DNA from: a virus
Taxonomy: Duplodnaviria > Caudoviricetes
Length of the DNA: 64,000 nt
Direction: 5' to 3' (one strand)
IMG/VR virus record: IMGVR_UViG_3300046615_000208
Span: 96,001 to 160,000 of that record
A program made the position numbers and the translations under genes. How positions within the stretch are numbered: position 1 is the stretch's first letter; every line of letters starts with the position of its first letter. The notes beneath the pieces were generated by a model that saw only the letters and a list, made by a program, of their open reading frames with translations, did no database searches and was not told the DNA's origin. Positions 17,998 through 29,029 of this stretch are shown piece after piece.

Positions 17998-19419
17998 ATG
18001 ACTACCAAGACCCTCACTCGCGGACAGAAGGCAGCAGCAACCCGTCGAAGCAACATCGAGAAGGCCGAGGCCATGGCAGCAGCGGTAAAGGAAGACGCGG
18101 CAGCAGCCCTCGCGGCGGAAAATCTTCCGAAGGGTTCAGCCGCTCCCAAGGTCGATCCGATGTTCTCGGACGAAATCGACCCCAACGAGAACATCGACAC
18201 CGAAGGTCTTCCCGAGGAAGTCGAGGACGAACTGGACGAGGAAGACACGCCGGAAGTGCAGAAGGAATTCCGGATGCAAATCCTGACGGAGTTCGTCCCC
18301 GGTAAGGCGGCACTCGCCACACTGACACCGCAGGCTCTGAAGTCTCTGGCGTTCGTCTCCACCTACAACACCATCGATGACCAGTCCTCCAGCCCACGCC
18401 AGCACGGCTACCAGCGCGATCCGCTGGACGCACGGTTCCCCGCCATCGGTCGGTACTTCGCCCAGCAGGAGGGTGACGGGGTCCACACCCACGCACACCT
18501 GATCACGCCGATCATCGCGTCGGTGCGCGTCTACTCCGACAAGGAGCGGGAAGAGTTCGTCAAGCTCTTCAACGAGGGCGACATCCACGCGATCCACGAA
18601 CGCTTCGGTCGCTCGGTGGTCTCCATCGTGGACGGCCAGCACCGAACCGGAGGCCTGTTCTGGGCTTGGGAGAAGGAACACGACTTCAACCCGGACGTGC
18701 CGGTGATGCTGTACTTCGGACTCCGCTACGCCGATGAGGCCACGCTGTTCGATGACATCAACACCAACCAGCGCAAGCTCCCCAAGGCGCTCATCGAGGC
18801 CACCAAGGTCCACATGGAGGCAGGCGAGAAGTCCCACGCCCAGACCATCCGTGAGGTTGCGTTCGACCTCGCACAGGACGGCGACTCTCCGTGGTACGGC
18901 CAGATCAACATGACCGGTGCACGCGACCCGGAGAAGCCCATCTCCTACGAGGGCCTGCGCCGTGCTACTGGCAACATGCTTCAGGAGAAGCTGATTGCCC
19001 GTCTGGAGCGGCAGGGGATGGCTCTGGACACGGTCGCCAAGAAGTACTGGGAGATGGTCGCTCGGGCCTGTGCCCCGGCATGGCAGGAGCGTCCGCGCAT
19101 CGTCCGCACCGACGAGGGGACCGAAGAGGAACAGGTCAAGTACCGCCTGAAGGATTTGGCTGGCGTGGCATCCGTGTCGCGTGTCGGCTTCGACATCCTG
19201 AACACGGCACTGGATCAGTCCAAGACCGACGAGGACTTCTGGAGCGCTGTGGCCTCCATGGTCTCCAAGCTCGGCGTCATCGACTGGGAGAAGCGTCCGG
19301 GCAACCCTTGGACCGCTGCCGGGGCCGGTTTCGCAGGAATGACCGGCCTCTACAAGATGCTCTACGAACTGGTGTACTTGGACAAGTCGCCCGGTGTCTC
19401 TGCCGAAGCTGAAGAGTAG
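17998..19419 (+). CDS. DGQHR-domain protein (DndB/ParB-Srx-like superfamily)
   Basis: YQR, IVDGQHR and F.DIN..QRK motifs; GAAAGGA RBS before ATG 17998. Confidence 0.85.
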   Translation: MTTKTLTRGQKAAATRRSNIEKAEAMAAAVKEDAAAALAAENLPKGSAAPKVDPMFSDEIDPNENIDTEGLPEEVEDELDEEDTPEVQKEFRMQILTEFVPGKAALATLTPQALKSLAFVSTYNTIDDQSSSPRQHGYQRDPLDARFPAIGRYFAQQEGDGVHTHAHLITPIIASVRVYSDKEREEFVKLFNEGDIHAIHERFGRSVVSIVDGQHRTGGLFWAWEKEHDFNPDVPVMLYFGLRYADEATLFDDINTNQRKLPKALIEATKVHMEAGEKSHAQTIREVAFDLAQDGDSPWYGQINMTGARDPEKPISYEGLRRATGNMLQEKLIARLERQGMALDTVAKKYWEMVARACAPAWQERPRIVRTDEGTEEEQVKYRLKDLAGVASVSRVGFDILNTALDQSKTDEDFWSAVASMVSKLGVIDWEKRPGNPWTAAGAGFAGMTGLYKMLYELVYLDKSPGVSAEAEE

Positions 19420-19429
19420 CCCAGTAGGA

Positions 19430-19466
19430 AAGGCCCCGGTCCCCCCAAAGGACCGGGGTCTTTCTC
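19430..19466 (+). terminator. intrinsic terminator
   Basis: GGCCCCGGTCC..GGACCGGGGTC then TTTCTCT. Confidence 0.8.
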
Positions 19467-19469
19467 TGG

Positions 19470-19587
19470 CCAAAAGAAGAGGCCACCCGGCCCGCACGTT
19501 GGGGGACTAGTCAAACCGGGTGACCTCATCAATCGGGGGGTTCCGACACCCACCTACCGCAACAAAGCCGTTCGCTCCTGTGTTGGT
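19470..19587 (-). ncRNA. candidate about 115-nt sRNA with C-rich loops
   Basis: Promoter TTGTGA(19622-19617)/17/TAGAAT(19599-19594); ends in GAGGTCACCCGG..CCGGGTGGCCTC-TTCTTTT. Confidence 0.5.
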
Positions 19588-19654
19588 GATAAGATTCTAG
19601 CAAGAGGTGAGTCACCTCACAATAGGTGTACGGAAGTTAATAGGAGGTTGACAA

Positions 19655-19879
19655 ATGGCAAGGCGTCAGGTAGTACACAGCACATGCGACAGGTGCCACA
19701 AGGAAGTGACCACTCCGATGACCCCGAACAGACGGGGAGACGAGTTTCAGGTTCCGGATGGCTGGATACACATCTCGGCCAACGGTAGGAACACTACCCT
19801 CTTCGAGATGGACCTGTGCGACGACTGCAAGGGCATCGTAATCGAGGCGGCAGGACTGGCAGACCGGGTTCACTCCTAG
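19655..19879 (+). CDS. zinc-finger protein, paralogue A
   Basis: CDRC..P.GW.H..DLCDDCK. Confidence 0.75.
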   Translation: MARRQVVHSTCDRCHKEVTTPMTPNRRGDEFQVPDGWIHISANGRNTTLFEMDLCDDCKGIVIEAAGLADRVHS

Positions 19880-19983
19880 AGGGAAGAAGACCCCCACAAG
19901 ATAACCGGGGAAGGTTGATTGAGTGGGGGTCTTCCTGTGGGTAAGCTTACGCTGTCACTACCGGGCACGGAAGGGGTTGAGTT

Positions 19984-20208
19984 ATGTACCAGCAGGTGGT
20001 ACGATATGAATGCGATAGTTGTCACAAGATCGTGGAAGAGCCTATGGCTACCGGCTTCAAGTGGCGGGGCAGGGTTCCCAAGGACTGGCTACACGTGGAT
20101 GGCTTCACAAACAGCCATAGTGTGTTTAAGCTAGACCTCTGCGATGAGTGCAAAAAGGAAGTACTGGAGTTCACCCAGAGCGACCAGAGCAAGAACGTCG
20201 AGGAATAG
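19984..20208 (+). CDS. zinc-finger protein, paralogue B
   Basis: CDSC..P.DW.H..DLCDECK. Confidence 0.75.
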   Translation: MYQQVVRYECDSCHKIVEEPMATGFKWRGRVPKDWLHVDGFTNSHSVFKLDLCDECKKEVLEFTQSDQSKNVEE

Positions 20209-20216
20209 GAGGATAC

Positions 20217-20459
20217 ATGTTTGTTGTAGCACGTGTCAAAGCAGATCGGGTCCATGAGGTAGAGGCATACCTGTACAACGGCCAGAATATTGTCTCTGAG
20301 CCGGTGCTGAATGAGTTCGGTTCGGCCATGGTCATTGTGGAGTCCGCCCACGGTCTGGCGGGTAAGATGCTGGCTGACAGGCTGGCATCAGGCCTCATGG
20401 GAGCGAGTCAGTTCCAGACCCGCGAAGAGGCAGACGCATATATCCAGTCGGAGATGTGA
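20217..20459 (+). CDS. hypothetical protein
   Basis: AGGAGG RBS, ATG 20217. Confidence 0.7.
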   Translation: MFVVARVKADRVHEVEAYLYNGQNIVSEPVLNEFGSAMVIVESAHGLAGKMLADRLASGLMGASQFQTREEADAYIQSEM

Positions 20460-20520
20460 CGGGTAGGGGCCGGGAAGTCCGACCCCTACCGGTTACCCGA
20501 TGAGACCGTCTCGTATCCGT

Positions 20521-20781
20521 TCATCGCACGTACTTCCTCAGCCTGAAGTGGTACCAGCGTACCTTTGACCAGTGTACATGGTACTCCTTTGGGTCTAGGT
20601 ATTTGTCCTTACCTCCGGTGGTAAACACCGAGACCCACCAGAAGATGCCGCAGTCATTGCACTCGATGATCGTGCGGTCCTTGTAGCTTGGCATAGTACC
20701 GCCTGCATAGTTTTTAGGGCGACACTGGTGTGGCGGGATTGGGTCATCCGGAATGTGAACTGTCCTGTAGCGCTCGCTCAT
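20521..20781 (-). CDS. HxC/CxxC/RWYH family paralogue 3
   Basis: HQC..IECNDC..WSKVRWYH; ATGA overlap. Confidence 0.75.
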   Translation of the reverse strand: MSERYRTVHIPDDPIPPHQCRPKNYAGGTMPSYKDRTIIECNDCGIFWWVSVFTTGGKDKYLDPKEYHVHWSKVRWYHFRLRKYVR

Positions 20782-21020
20782 CGGTGCAGGTTCCTTTGCC
20801 ACTTGAAGTGGTACCACCTGAGCGGAATCCACTTGTTGCTGTAAGAGGCGTCTTTGTAGGTCATAGCAACCCACTTTTGCGCACATTCCTCACACTCGAT
20901 GATTGTTTGCCACCAGATTTTGTTGTCATCGTGGCGGTTGCGGGTGAGGTCCGGGAGATCGCACTTGTGTTCCTTTGCTGCGACTTCTCGCGGGTCATAT
21001 AGTACTACATACTTAGCCAT
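20778..21020 (-). CDS. HxC/CxxC/RWYH family paralogue 4
   Basis: HKC..IECEEC..WIPLRWYH; TAATG overlap. Confidence 0.75.
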   Translation of the reverse strand: MAKYVVLYDPREVAAKEHKCDLPDLTRNRHDDNKIWWQTIIECEECAQKWVAMTYKDASYSNKWIPLRWYHFKWQRNLHR

Positions 21021-21283
21021 TATCTTCCTTTCCTTGTCGCTACGATGAACTGGAGCCGCATGTGGTACCACTTGAGGGGCTTCCACTCGTTCTTGTGGTC
21101 GTAATCTTCTCTGGCCCAGATAATGGCGTACCACTTCTTGGCACACTGTTCGCATTCGATCACAGCGCGGTACTCAAACTCTCCACCATCGTTCCCACTG
21201 ATCTTAGGCGGGTCGCACTTGTGCTTTGCTGCCATCTCCGTCTTGGGGTTGTAGAGTGTCACATAGCTCTTGCTATTTTCCAA
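21020..21283 (-). CDS. HxC/CxxC/RWYH family paralogue 5
   Basis: HKC..IECEQC..WKPLKWYH. Confidence 0.75.
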   Translation of the reverse strand: MENSKSYVTLYNPKTEMAAKHKCDPPKISGNDGGEFEYRAVIECEQCAKKWYAIIWAREDYDHKNEWKPLKWYHMRLQFIVATRKGR

Positions 21284-21512
21284 CGATGGCCTTCCTCATC
21301 CTGTAATGGTACCAGCGTACCCGCGTCCAAATTCGTGTGTCATCGATCCACTTTATCCTCACGTACCAGTGCCTGCCGCAGTCTTTGCAGCACACGATAC
21401 GGCCCTCTACGGAGTTCCCTGCCCCTCTTCGGCCCTTATCGAAACACCGGTGCTTGTCGAAGACCTCCTTACGATCTACGACAATCTCAAAGTCATCTAG
21501 GGTTCTAGCCAT
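21273..21512 (-). CDS. HxC/CxxC/RWYH family paralogue 6
   Basis: HRC..CCKDC..WTRVRWYH. Confidence 0.75.
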   Translation of the reverse strand: MARTLDDFEIVVDRKEVFDKHRCFDKGRRGAGNSVEGRIVCCKDCGRHWYVRIKWIDDTRIWTRVRWYHYRMRKAIVGK

Positions 21513-24500
21513 TGGATTCCTCCGCAGCTACAACTGCACGGCCATAGGAAATTGCGTTGTTCATGATCTCCATGATATTCGAGAAGTCAACTTCTGTCAA
21601 CTCACAGAAAAACTCTACAGTGTCGATCCCGCCAGCAGACATAGGCGCACGCAGAGTCATCGCGAAAAGCTGCATCTCCATCGCCAATCCTGCGGCTCCG
21701 TATCCGCCGTCTTCGATGTCAAAGGTCTCGCGCCACAGTGCGGTCTCTCCACGCACGAGCGAGCGGGCAATCTCGACAGCCTTCAGGTGTCGATCCCATT
21801 GTTCCTGTTCATTCTCCATGTATTTCCCTTCCTTGTTCATAACACAAGCCTACCCTGACCTAACCAAATGTCAAATCAGGGTAGACGCTAACTCTCTCCG
21901 CGTTCCAAAGCAATCATCGAGACCGCCATTTTATGCATGTCAAACGAACTTACTCCTGCAAAGTCACAGTACCGATCCGCCATGAGGAATGCTGCACCCC
22001 AGTATCCGCGCTTCATAGCGTATGCCGTCACGTAAAGCTGGAGGGCAATACCAGTCACAGACACACCGTCTTCGTCAGATTCCAGATTTTCTTCTTTCAG
22101 AATCTCCTGTATGTCCTTCAGCACTGCCGCACACGCCTTCTGCCTTGCCAGCAGTTCTTCTCCCGACTCACTCATTGTCTACCCACTCGCTCGTTGTTAT
22201 TGCCCGACTCTGTCTCTTCCTCGGCCACAGGCGTAAACTTCTTCGCCCGTTCGATCTCGAACTCGCGCAGAGTCATCTTGGTCTCAACCAAGTGAATCTT
22301 CCCACTGCGTAGCGTGATCTTCAGTCCTCGGTCGTAAGGGTGAGGGCCAGCATTCATGTAAATCTGGGGACGACGATCAAACCGCGTCACAGATTCAATC
22401 TCATCTACATTCAAGAGTACATTGTTTTCCTCCGAACTCACGCTCTCCAGAAGGACCATCCGGTCTGCTGGTAGTTTAATGTCCGGCGTACTCATCAGGC
22501 TCCTTGTGCCATGAGGTCCGCTCGGAACCCAATACCTCCAGAATCGCCGCCCGACGATAGTCAAACGAACTCCAGAACCCCGGATGCATCAGTTCCTCGA
22601 TCTTGGCAAGCTTCTCTTCTGCCGTCATTTTGTCCTTGCCCTTTCCCTTGCCGCCAGTATCCAACGTGCCGCTGTATACCGGGATTCCTTTTGTAGTTTA
22701 GCTGCCAGATGACTGGGCGGTTTGGGGTCCTCATATTTCCGTCGATCCCAGCCGAACTTGATCTCTAGACGCTTATACAGAGGTGCCCAAGCCCATCCGG
22801 CCCATGCAATGTTGTCATGGGTAGAGTACCATTTACGGGCGCACTCCGGGCAAACAAAGGTTGAACCAAACGGAGTGTACGACCTTGGTGTGGGGCAGTC
22901 GCACCCCCATTCCTCGTCGCGCAGTGTCTCCCGTCTAAAGTACCACAGGTCGTAGAAAAAAGCAACCGCCTGTAGAATACTAAGACCTACAAAGCCCCAG
23001 AGTGCTAGGTTTGCGATGACCATTCCTTCTCCTTCCACATGTCGTCAAGCAGTTCGCAGTCTGCGGTGCTAGCTCTCCCGTAGAAGTCAAAGAACTCCCC
23101 CGAATAAATTAGTTCTTCAGTCTTCCAGTCCGTGGACAATGATGTATTCCCATTCTGCTAGGCTAATATCTGAATCTTTGAAAAGCTCTTCTTCCTCGAT
23201 GGAAGTCAGCCGGAATTCATCCCAGTCCTGCGAGCAAATGGCGCACAGGTCATACAGTCCATCCGAATATCCGGGATCAGCAGGTCCGCCACACTTACAG
23301 CACTCTAGGTCCACTTAGAAATCCACTGGAAAAATCGCCGTAACCTTCAACTGCACGCCAAATCGCAGGCCATCCGGAGTCTCACCGTAGATTTCTACCG
23401 TGTCATCTTCTGTAATCTCCGACTCATCGAACTCAAAGTCCGAGAATCCTCCGAGGAAGTCCAGTTCTTTGAGGATTGTACGGGCATCAGGGAGCTTACG
23501 GTCCCGAAGCTGCTGCGGGGTCTTCACTAGGCGGACATTGTCCTTGCGTGCTGCAACCCAGCTATCCTGAGTGGTGTACCCGGAATAGACCTCGGAGTAA
23601 TACTCCGGATCGTCGTTGAACGGGGCGTAATCATCCACGATGAACTTCTGACCGCTATAAACCCGGTCTCCGCTGTCCTCCAAGGCCTCTGACTCGATGA
23701 CCTCAACCAGTGAGCCAATAGGGATGATGTTTTCTTTAGTCATTTCTTTGCCCTTCCTGTTAGAATGAACCAAAAGGTCACCCATTTATCCTTTTTTCTT
23801 CTCAATTTTTCCCAACCAATGCCTCGATTGGGATGTCGATGCCGCTTTTTGTGGCTTCAATCATCAGGTCGCGAAGCTCTGTGTTCTGTTTTTGAAGCTT
23901 CGCGGCTCTGGCAGTCGCATATTCAAGCTCCGAAATGGCAGTAGCAAGGATCGAGTCGTCAGACTGCTTCAGCTTCTCCATCGTTTCGATCTGATCCACT
24001 AATGCTCGGATGAGGTCTCCATCACTGCTGAATTCAGCCCTGACACGTGCCTCATGTAGGTTTACTGCCATTTTGTAGCCTTTCTTTACTTATATTTCGT
24101 CTTTATCCCACGTTGGAATGCTCGCCTAGAACGATCCTATCACTTTTCCTCCGGTTCGTCAACCCCCCGAGCCGAAAGTAGCTCAGAAGTCCACTTGATC
24201 TGGCTTTCAACGTATGCAACCTGACCTCTCAGATGCTCAATACCATGGTTCAGGCCGTGGATGTACCCCGACTGGTATGGGTCCTCTGTCTGGACATCCT
24301 TTAGAATGGCCTCGTGGTGCTCTTCAAGCTGGAGAATCCAGAGTCTAAGATGGTTGAGAACACTGGAACTCGCTGAATGCGACATTCGTAGGTATTCCTG
24401 TACCTTTTTGTCATCTGTCATTTCTTGTGTTCCATTCCTGCTCGGTACCCTCTGCTAAAGGCAGCGGAGTACTCGTCTATGTTTTCATCGAGACCGGCAT

Positions 24501-25248
24501 TGTTCAGGTACGAACTTTCGGCTAACCCCCGGATGTGTTTAGTCAAAGCAGCTTCCGCAGCAGCAAGCTCCCGGTCCACCTTCTCGATGTTAGCAGCAAG
24601 CTCGCCCTTCTTCCATGGAAGCTCGACATCGCCTCTCTTAATAGTATACAGCAGCGACCAAGCACCGTCAACCAACTCGTAGATTTCCATCTCACAGCCG
24701 GTGTGCTTGAAGTCGTAGTCCCGCTCATCAAATCCGGTAACGTACTTTCCCCATCCCATCCCGCCGTGTCCCTCGTGGTACAGGTCTTCGCCCTTATACC
24801 CGATGAAGTAGTTGTTCACGGCGCTCTTGGCATGGTTCACCTGTTTGTGGATTTTGTCCATAGGGTGCCGAGATGGTATCCTGCTTAGAAACTGCTTGGT
24901 TGCAGCAATCGGCAGAGGCTTGGGATAGAGATCGCTCTCACTCATTGTCATTGTCTTCCTTCCAGAGGTCATCCAGACGCGCAGAAACCAAAAGAGCTTT
25001 GGCCGCGTCGTAGTCCATCATTGTCTTTTCCATTACAGACTCTACCATAGAATCGGTGATTTCCGCAATCGCCTCTGCTTCCATCTGCTTCTGCATATCG
25101 AGGATAACATCGAAGTTGGTGGACTCGATGACTCGGGCCATTGCGTCGATCTGCACAGCCAACAGACCCATACCCTTGCCTACCCGCCGAAGGGCCTTGT
25201 GGTGTTTACGGGATTCAGCACTGATTGTGCTATGATTGGTGTTATTCA
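21505..25248 (-). CDS. run of about 11 small leftward hypothetical genes, including membrane-anchored CxC/CxxC protein 22625-23038
   Basis: ORF track, overlapping starts/stops, RBSs. Confidence 0.6.
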
Positions 25249-25338
25249 TCCGTCCATCGTACCTACGCAGGCCCTGTTTGTCAACAGGAGGTGTGCATGC
25301 GTTTGCAATCGGCGGCAGAATCTGGTAGGATAGAGGGC

Positions 25339-27215
25339 ATGTGGAAAAAGAAGACAACACGTAAGTGGGACGAGACAATCGTACCCGACAATTTCTCTGT
25401 GGTACGTGTCGAAGAGTACGCCGATGATGGGCGGTCCTATGGTTCGCACATAGAGCCACCTCTGTCCTCCTTTGAGGGTGCGAATGATCTTGACCGGCTC
25501 CGCTGGAATGCAGCGGTAGTGAGTCATGATTCTGGTATCAAAGTCAAAGTAGGCCCTGCAAAAGAGTGGGTCAACGGTAAATCGGTTACAGGTGTCTATG
25601 ACATCTATACCAAGAATAGTACACTGGGCGCAGGAGATTTTAATTCCTCGTGGAGTGTGCTTATAGGCATCTCGTTAGGCGCTGACGCTGCTAGAGAAGA
25701 ACTTCAAGGACAGGAATCAAATGGCTATCAGCCCTAAGCAATTCGTAGCAACAACCGAGTTTCACCAGAAGAACCTCAATGCTCTACTGGAACAGTACAT
25801 CGACCTGCCAGAAGCCCCCGGTATTCTTGCAGCAATGCTCTACCTCCAGCGCTCTATTCAGGCCGCAAAGACGGCAGACTCCGAAATAGAAAAGGACAAA
25901 AAGTGAAGAACCTCATTACAAACGCGCAGGCCGGATTCGACTCCCTCTCCGATGTGGACAAAGAGGCCCTACAGGTGGCCGCACGTCTTCTCGGGCAGTC
26001 CCTCCTGTTCTCCCTCACGAAGGTCACCATCGTGCACGTCATGGGCCGTAAAATCGCGCCTAACGTCTTCAAAAACTGGGGACGTACATTCGCCGTGGTT
26101 TCTCTCATTGAGGCCGCTACGGGCCGCTACAAGGTCTCTGAAGAGGACAAGAAGACCGTCGCCAACATCAAGGAACGTCAGGCAGAGCAGAAGCTTGCCG
26201 AAATCCGGAAGTTCGGCGCATGAGTGCCCTTCCGGTCCTGAAATCCTCTGCCGACTGGCAAGAGATGGTGCAGGACAGGTACATCGTACGAGACCCGGAT
26301 GGCTGGGACCGGGCAAACTTTAGTATGTCGTGGGCAGAACTAATCACCTTCGAAGAGTTCGAGGAACGCGCCCACATGTCTACTATCCAGTTTACCCCCG
26401 AGTACATGCAAAAGCTACTCGAAGCACAAAAATAACCCTTTACCTAGACTATTCACATATTCGCGTGATAGAATAGAAAAACCCTATCAAAGGATGCAAC
26501 AAAATGGCTACACCTACAGAAATCGCTAACCTTATCGCACAGGCATGGGAGCTTGACCCGGAGGAAAACTTCTTCGAGTTCCTGTACGACGTGCTCCAAA
26601 CAAACCAGACCCTGTTCGCACTGGGTGAAGTGACCAATGACCAGCTTCAGCAGACGCTGAACGCGTACATCGCGGCTGGGGGGAACACAGATGACGGGGA
26701 TACAAGCAGCGACTCTACAGGAGATTCGGGAAATCCGGAAGGGGATTCTACTAGCACACCATGACCACATGGTAGAATCCTTCAAGGCGAAGCACGAGAA
26801 CGAACCCTACGAGTTTATCCACGGCTGGCTCGAAATACAGGAGCATGCGGAAAAACTTATCACAGGTGGAGAAGTTCTCTCGGGCTTGACAATGAAGGCG
26901 TACTGGCGTACAAAGGATGCACTGAAGGGCTAAGACTAGCCCACCTACTACCAAGAAATGACAAAGTTGCCTAAGAAGCAAAAGAAGTACATTGATATCC
27001 GTCTCCATCTCTCTTCAGAGATTGAAGACTTCGGCCCCGACGACACCTACGAACACTTCGAGATTGATGGCGTAGAGCGTATCAAGATCAAGGGTATCGA
27101 AGAGGACCAGCTTGACAACCTTGCAGAGACAGTGGCGCAGAGTGACCACTACCAGATTTATCTGTTTGGTGCCGTAACCACGGCCCTCGATACGGAGGGC
27201 GTCCATGAGCTTTGA
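25339..27215 (+). CDS. run of about 7 small rightward hypothetical genes
   Basis: ORFs 25339-25737, 25721-25906, 25903-26223, 26220-26435, 26504-26764, 26691-26933, 26958-27215. Confidence 0.6.
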
Positions 27216-27657
27216 GATCGTGAAGGGTGATCTTTTCCACCCTGTCTTCGAGTTTGACGGCATCTGTCAGGGAGTGAATACTCTGGGTGTAATGGGTGCA
27301 GGGATCGCTGTACCGTTCCGTGAGACGTGGCCTTCGATGTATAATGAGTACAGGCGTAACTGTAAGAGGTTCGGTGCGTCCCTAGCAGGGTCACTCCATA
27401 CGTGGTACGACCGGGAATCTGACCTCGTCATTTTCAACCTGTTCTCGCAGATCGAACCGGGCCGAAATGGTGACTACATTCTGCTCCGCAGGGCTGCTGT
27501 ACAGCTTGTCCTCGAAGCCGAATCGCGAAACCACGCACGTGTCGGACTGCCGTGGATTGGTTGCGGTATTGCTGGTCTTGCCAAGCACAATGTGGAAGAG
27601 ATTCTACATGAAGTGTTTGACGACTCTCCGGTGCATTTTGTACTAGTGGAGCAGTAG
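27205..27657 (+). CDS. macrodomain protein (ADP-ribose binding/hydrolase, Poa1p/DarG-like)
   Basis: KGDLF, VN..GVMGAGIA and PWIGCGIAGL motifs. Confidence 0.88.
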   Translation: MSFEIVKGDLFHPVFEFDGICQGVNTLGVMGAGIAVPFRETWPSMYNEYRRNCKRFGASLAGSLHTWYDRESDLVIFNLFSQIEPGRNGDYILLRRAAVQLVLEAESRNHARVGLPWIGCGIAGLAKHNVEEILHEVFDDSPVHFVLVEQ

Positions 27658-27829
27658 TCTGACATTTCTCAAGATTCTGTCGAGTAATCACATTACTTAT
27701 TAACTTCATGTTAACCTCAGAAGCCGGTACCTAAGCAGGTACCGGCCTCTGTGCTGCCCAATTACTTTTTAACACTACATATTCTCATAAATGCTATACT
27801 GGGTTGACCATCTATCAGAGGAAACCAGC

Positions 27830-28303
27830 ATGAGAAACAACCTAAAGCGTGTTCTGGGGGATACTCGGAAGGTGATATCTACGCGTTGGTCTGCTTCAAA
27901 CCTACATGTTCCGTCATGGGCAATCAACGCGGTTATCTATATAACTCTCATTCGATCCTTCTCGTACGGTGTTGAACTGTTTATCTTGGGTAACTCCGCC
28001 GCTGTATCCCCTCTGGCTGTCTACACAGCTATATTGGGAATCCATATTTGGGGGGCATTGATTCTTGTCGGTGTACTTGTACTGTCTACCGGTCTCCTGC
28101 TACGTAATTCCATAGTTGTCACTGTGGGTGTACTGCTGTGTGTCGCTGTGTGGGCTTCCCTCGGGATAACCCTCACTTTCGGGGCACTAGTAGTCGGCAC
28201 CGGACTCCGGTTTGCGATTGCTGCACTGGCAACTGCTGCGACATGGGCAGTATTCTTTGGCCTACAGCTAAAGACGATTCGCAGAAATGGGGTTGAATCG
28301 TAA
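27830..28303 (+). CDS. multi-pass membrane protein
   Basis: About four hydrophobic helices. Confidence 0.7.
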   Translation: MRNNLKRVLGDTRKVISTRWSASNLHVPSWAINAVIYITLIRSFSYGVELFILGNSAAVSPLAVYTAILGIHIWGALILVGVLVLSTGLLLRNSIVVTVGVLLCVAVWASLGITLTFGALVVGTGLRFAIAALATAATWAVFFGLQLKTIRRNGVES

Positions 28304-29010
28304 TGAAGTTTTACAGGTACCTTTCGTGGGTTATTATCGGCTTCACAGTCGTTGTCGCCCTGTTAGGTACAGTATCTGCGGCTGAGGCGTCGGTAACCCC
28401 GACAACGTCCGTTTCACAGGTACTCGTACCCACCCCGGCCCCTACGCCTAATACGGCAAAAGACCCGTCCACTGTGGCACAGCCTAGCTCACCGGGAGTA
28501 CTGGAGCAATTCGGTCCTCCGGGCGTTATCATTACTACTGTGTTGACAGGTGTCCTCATGATTATTAAGTCAATCAATGAAGGTAAGAAGATTGACGTAA
28601 CTACATATAAGGAACGAGCGGCTGATGCAGAAGCCCGTTCCAATGAGGAAATCGGTAAGGTCCACAAGAAGCTCGGGGAGCTTGAAAAGAAGCTTGACGA
28701 AGTTATTGCAGACCGAGATGAATACAGGGACACACTAGAAGAGCGCAAGGCACACTTCACACGGCAAATTCTGGATATGGAACGTCGTCACCAGAGGGAA
28801 CTCGAAGATATGCACTCTGCTCTAATGGTAGAAGTTCACACCCGTCACAGGCTCGAAAGAATCTTGGCGGAGAATGGAATAGCGGTACCACAAACACCGC
28901 CTCCATATACCCAATCCATGAAGGCAGAGGTCACAGTCCAAGACCGTGTAGAGGCTACAGCCTCCACAGCCTCCATGAGGGTACTACGAGAATCCGAAGA
29001 ATCAGAATAA
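28303..29010 (+). CDS. membrane-anchored coiled-coil protein
   Basis: Signal/TM, Pro/Thr linker, second TM, heptad-rich C-terminus. Confidence 0.7.
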   Translation: MKFYRYLSWVIIGFTVVVALLGTVSAAEASVTPTTSVSQVLVPTPAPTPNTAKDPSTVAQPSSPGVLEQFGPPGVIITTVLTGVLMIIKSINEGKKIDVTTYKERAADAEARSNEEIGKVHKKLGELEKKLDEVIADRDEYRDTLEERKAHFTRQILDMERRHQRELEDMHSALMVEVHTRHRLERILAENGIAVPQTPPPYTQSMKAEVTVQDRVEATASTASMRVLRESEESE

Positions 29011-29029
29011 CATCCCCTAAGGAGTAAAC

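Noticed and set aside
18136-19497. 453-aa - strand ORF
   Set aside because: Antisense shadow of the GC3-rich DGQHR gene.
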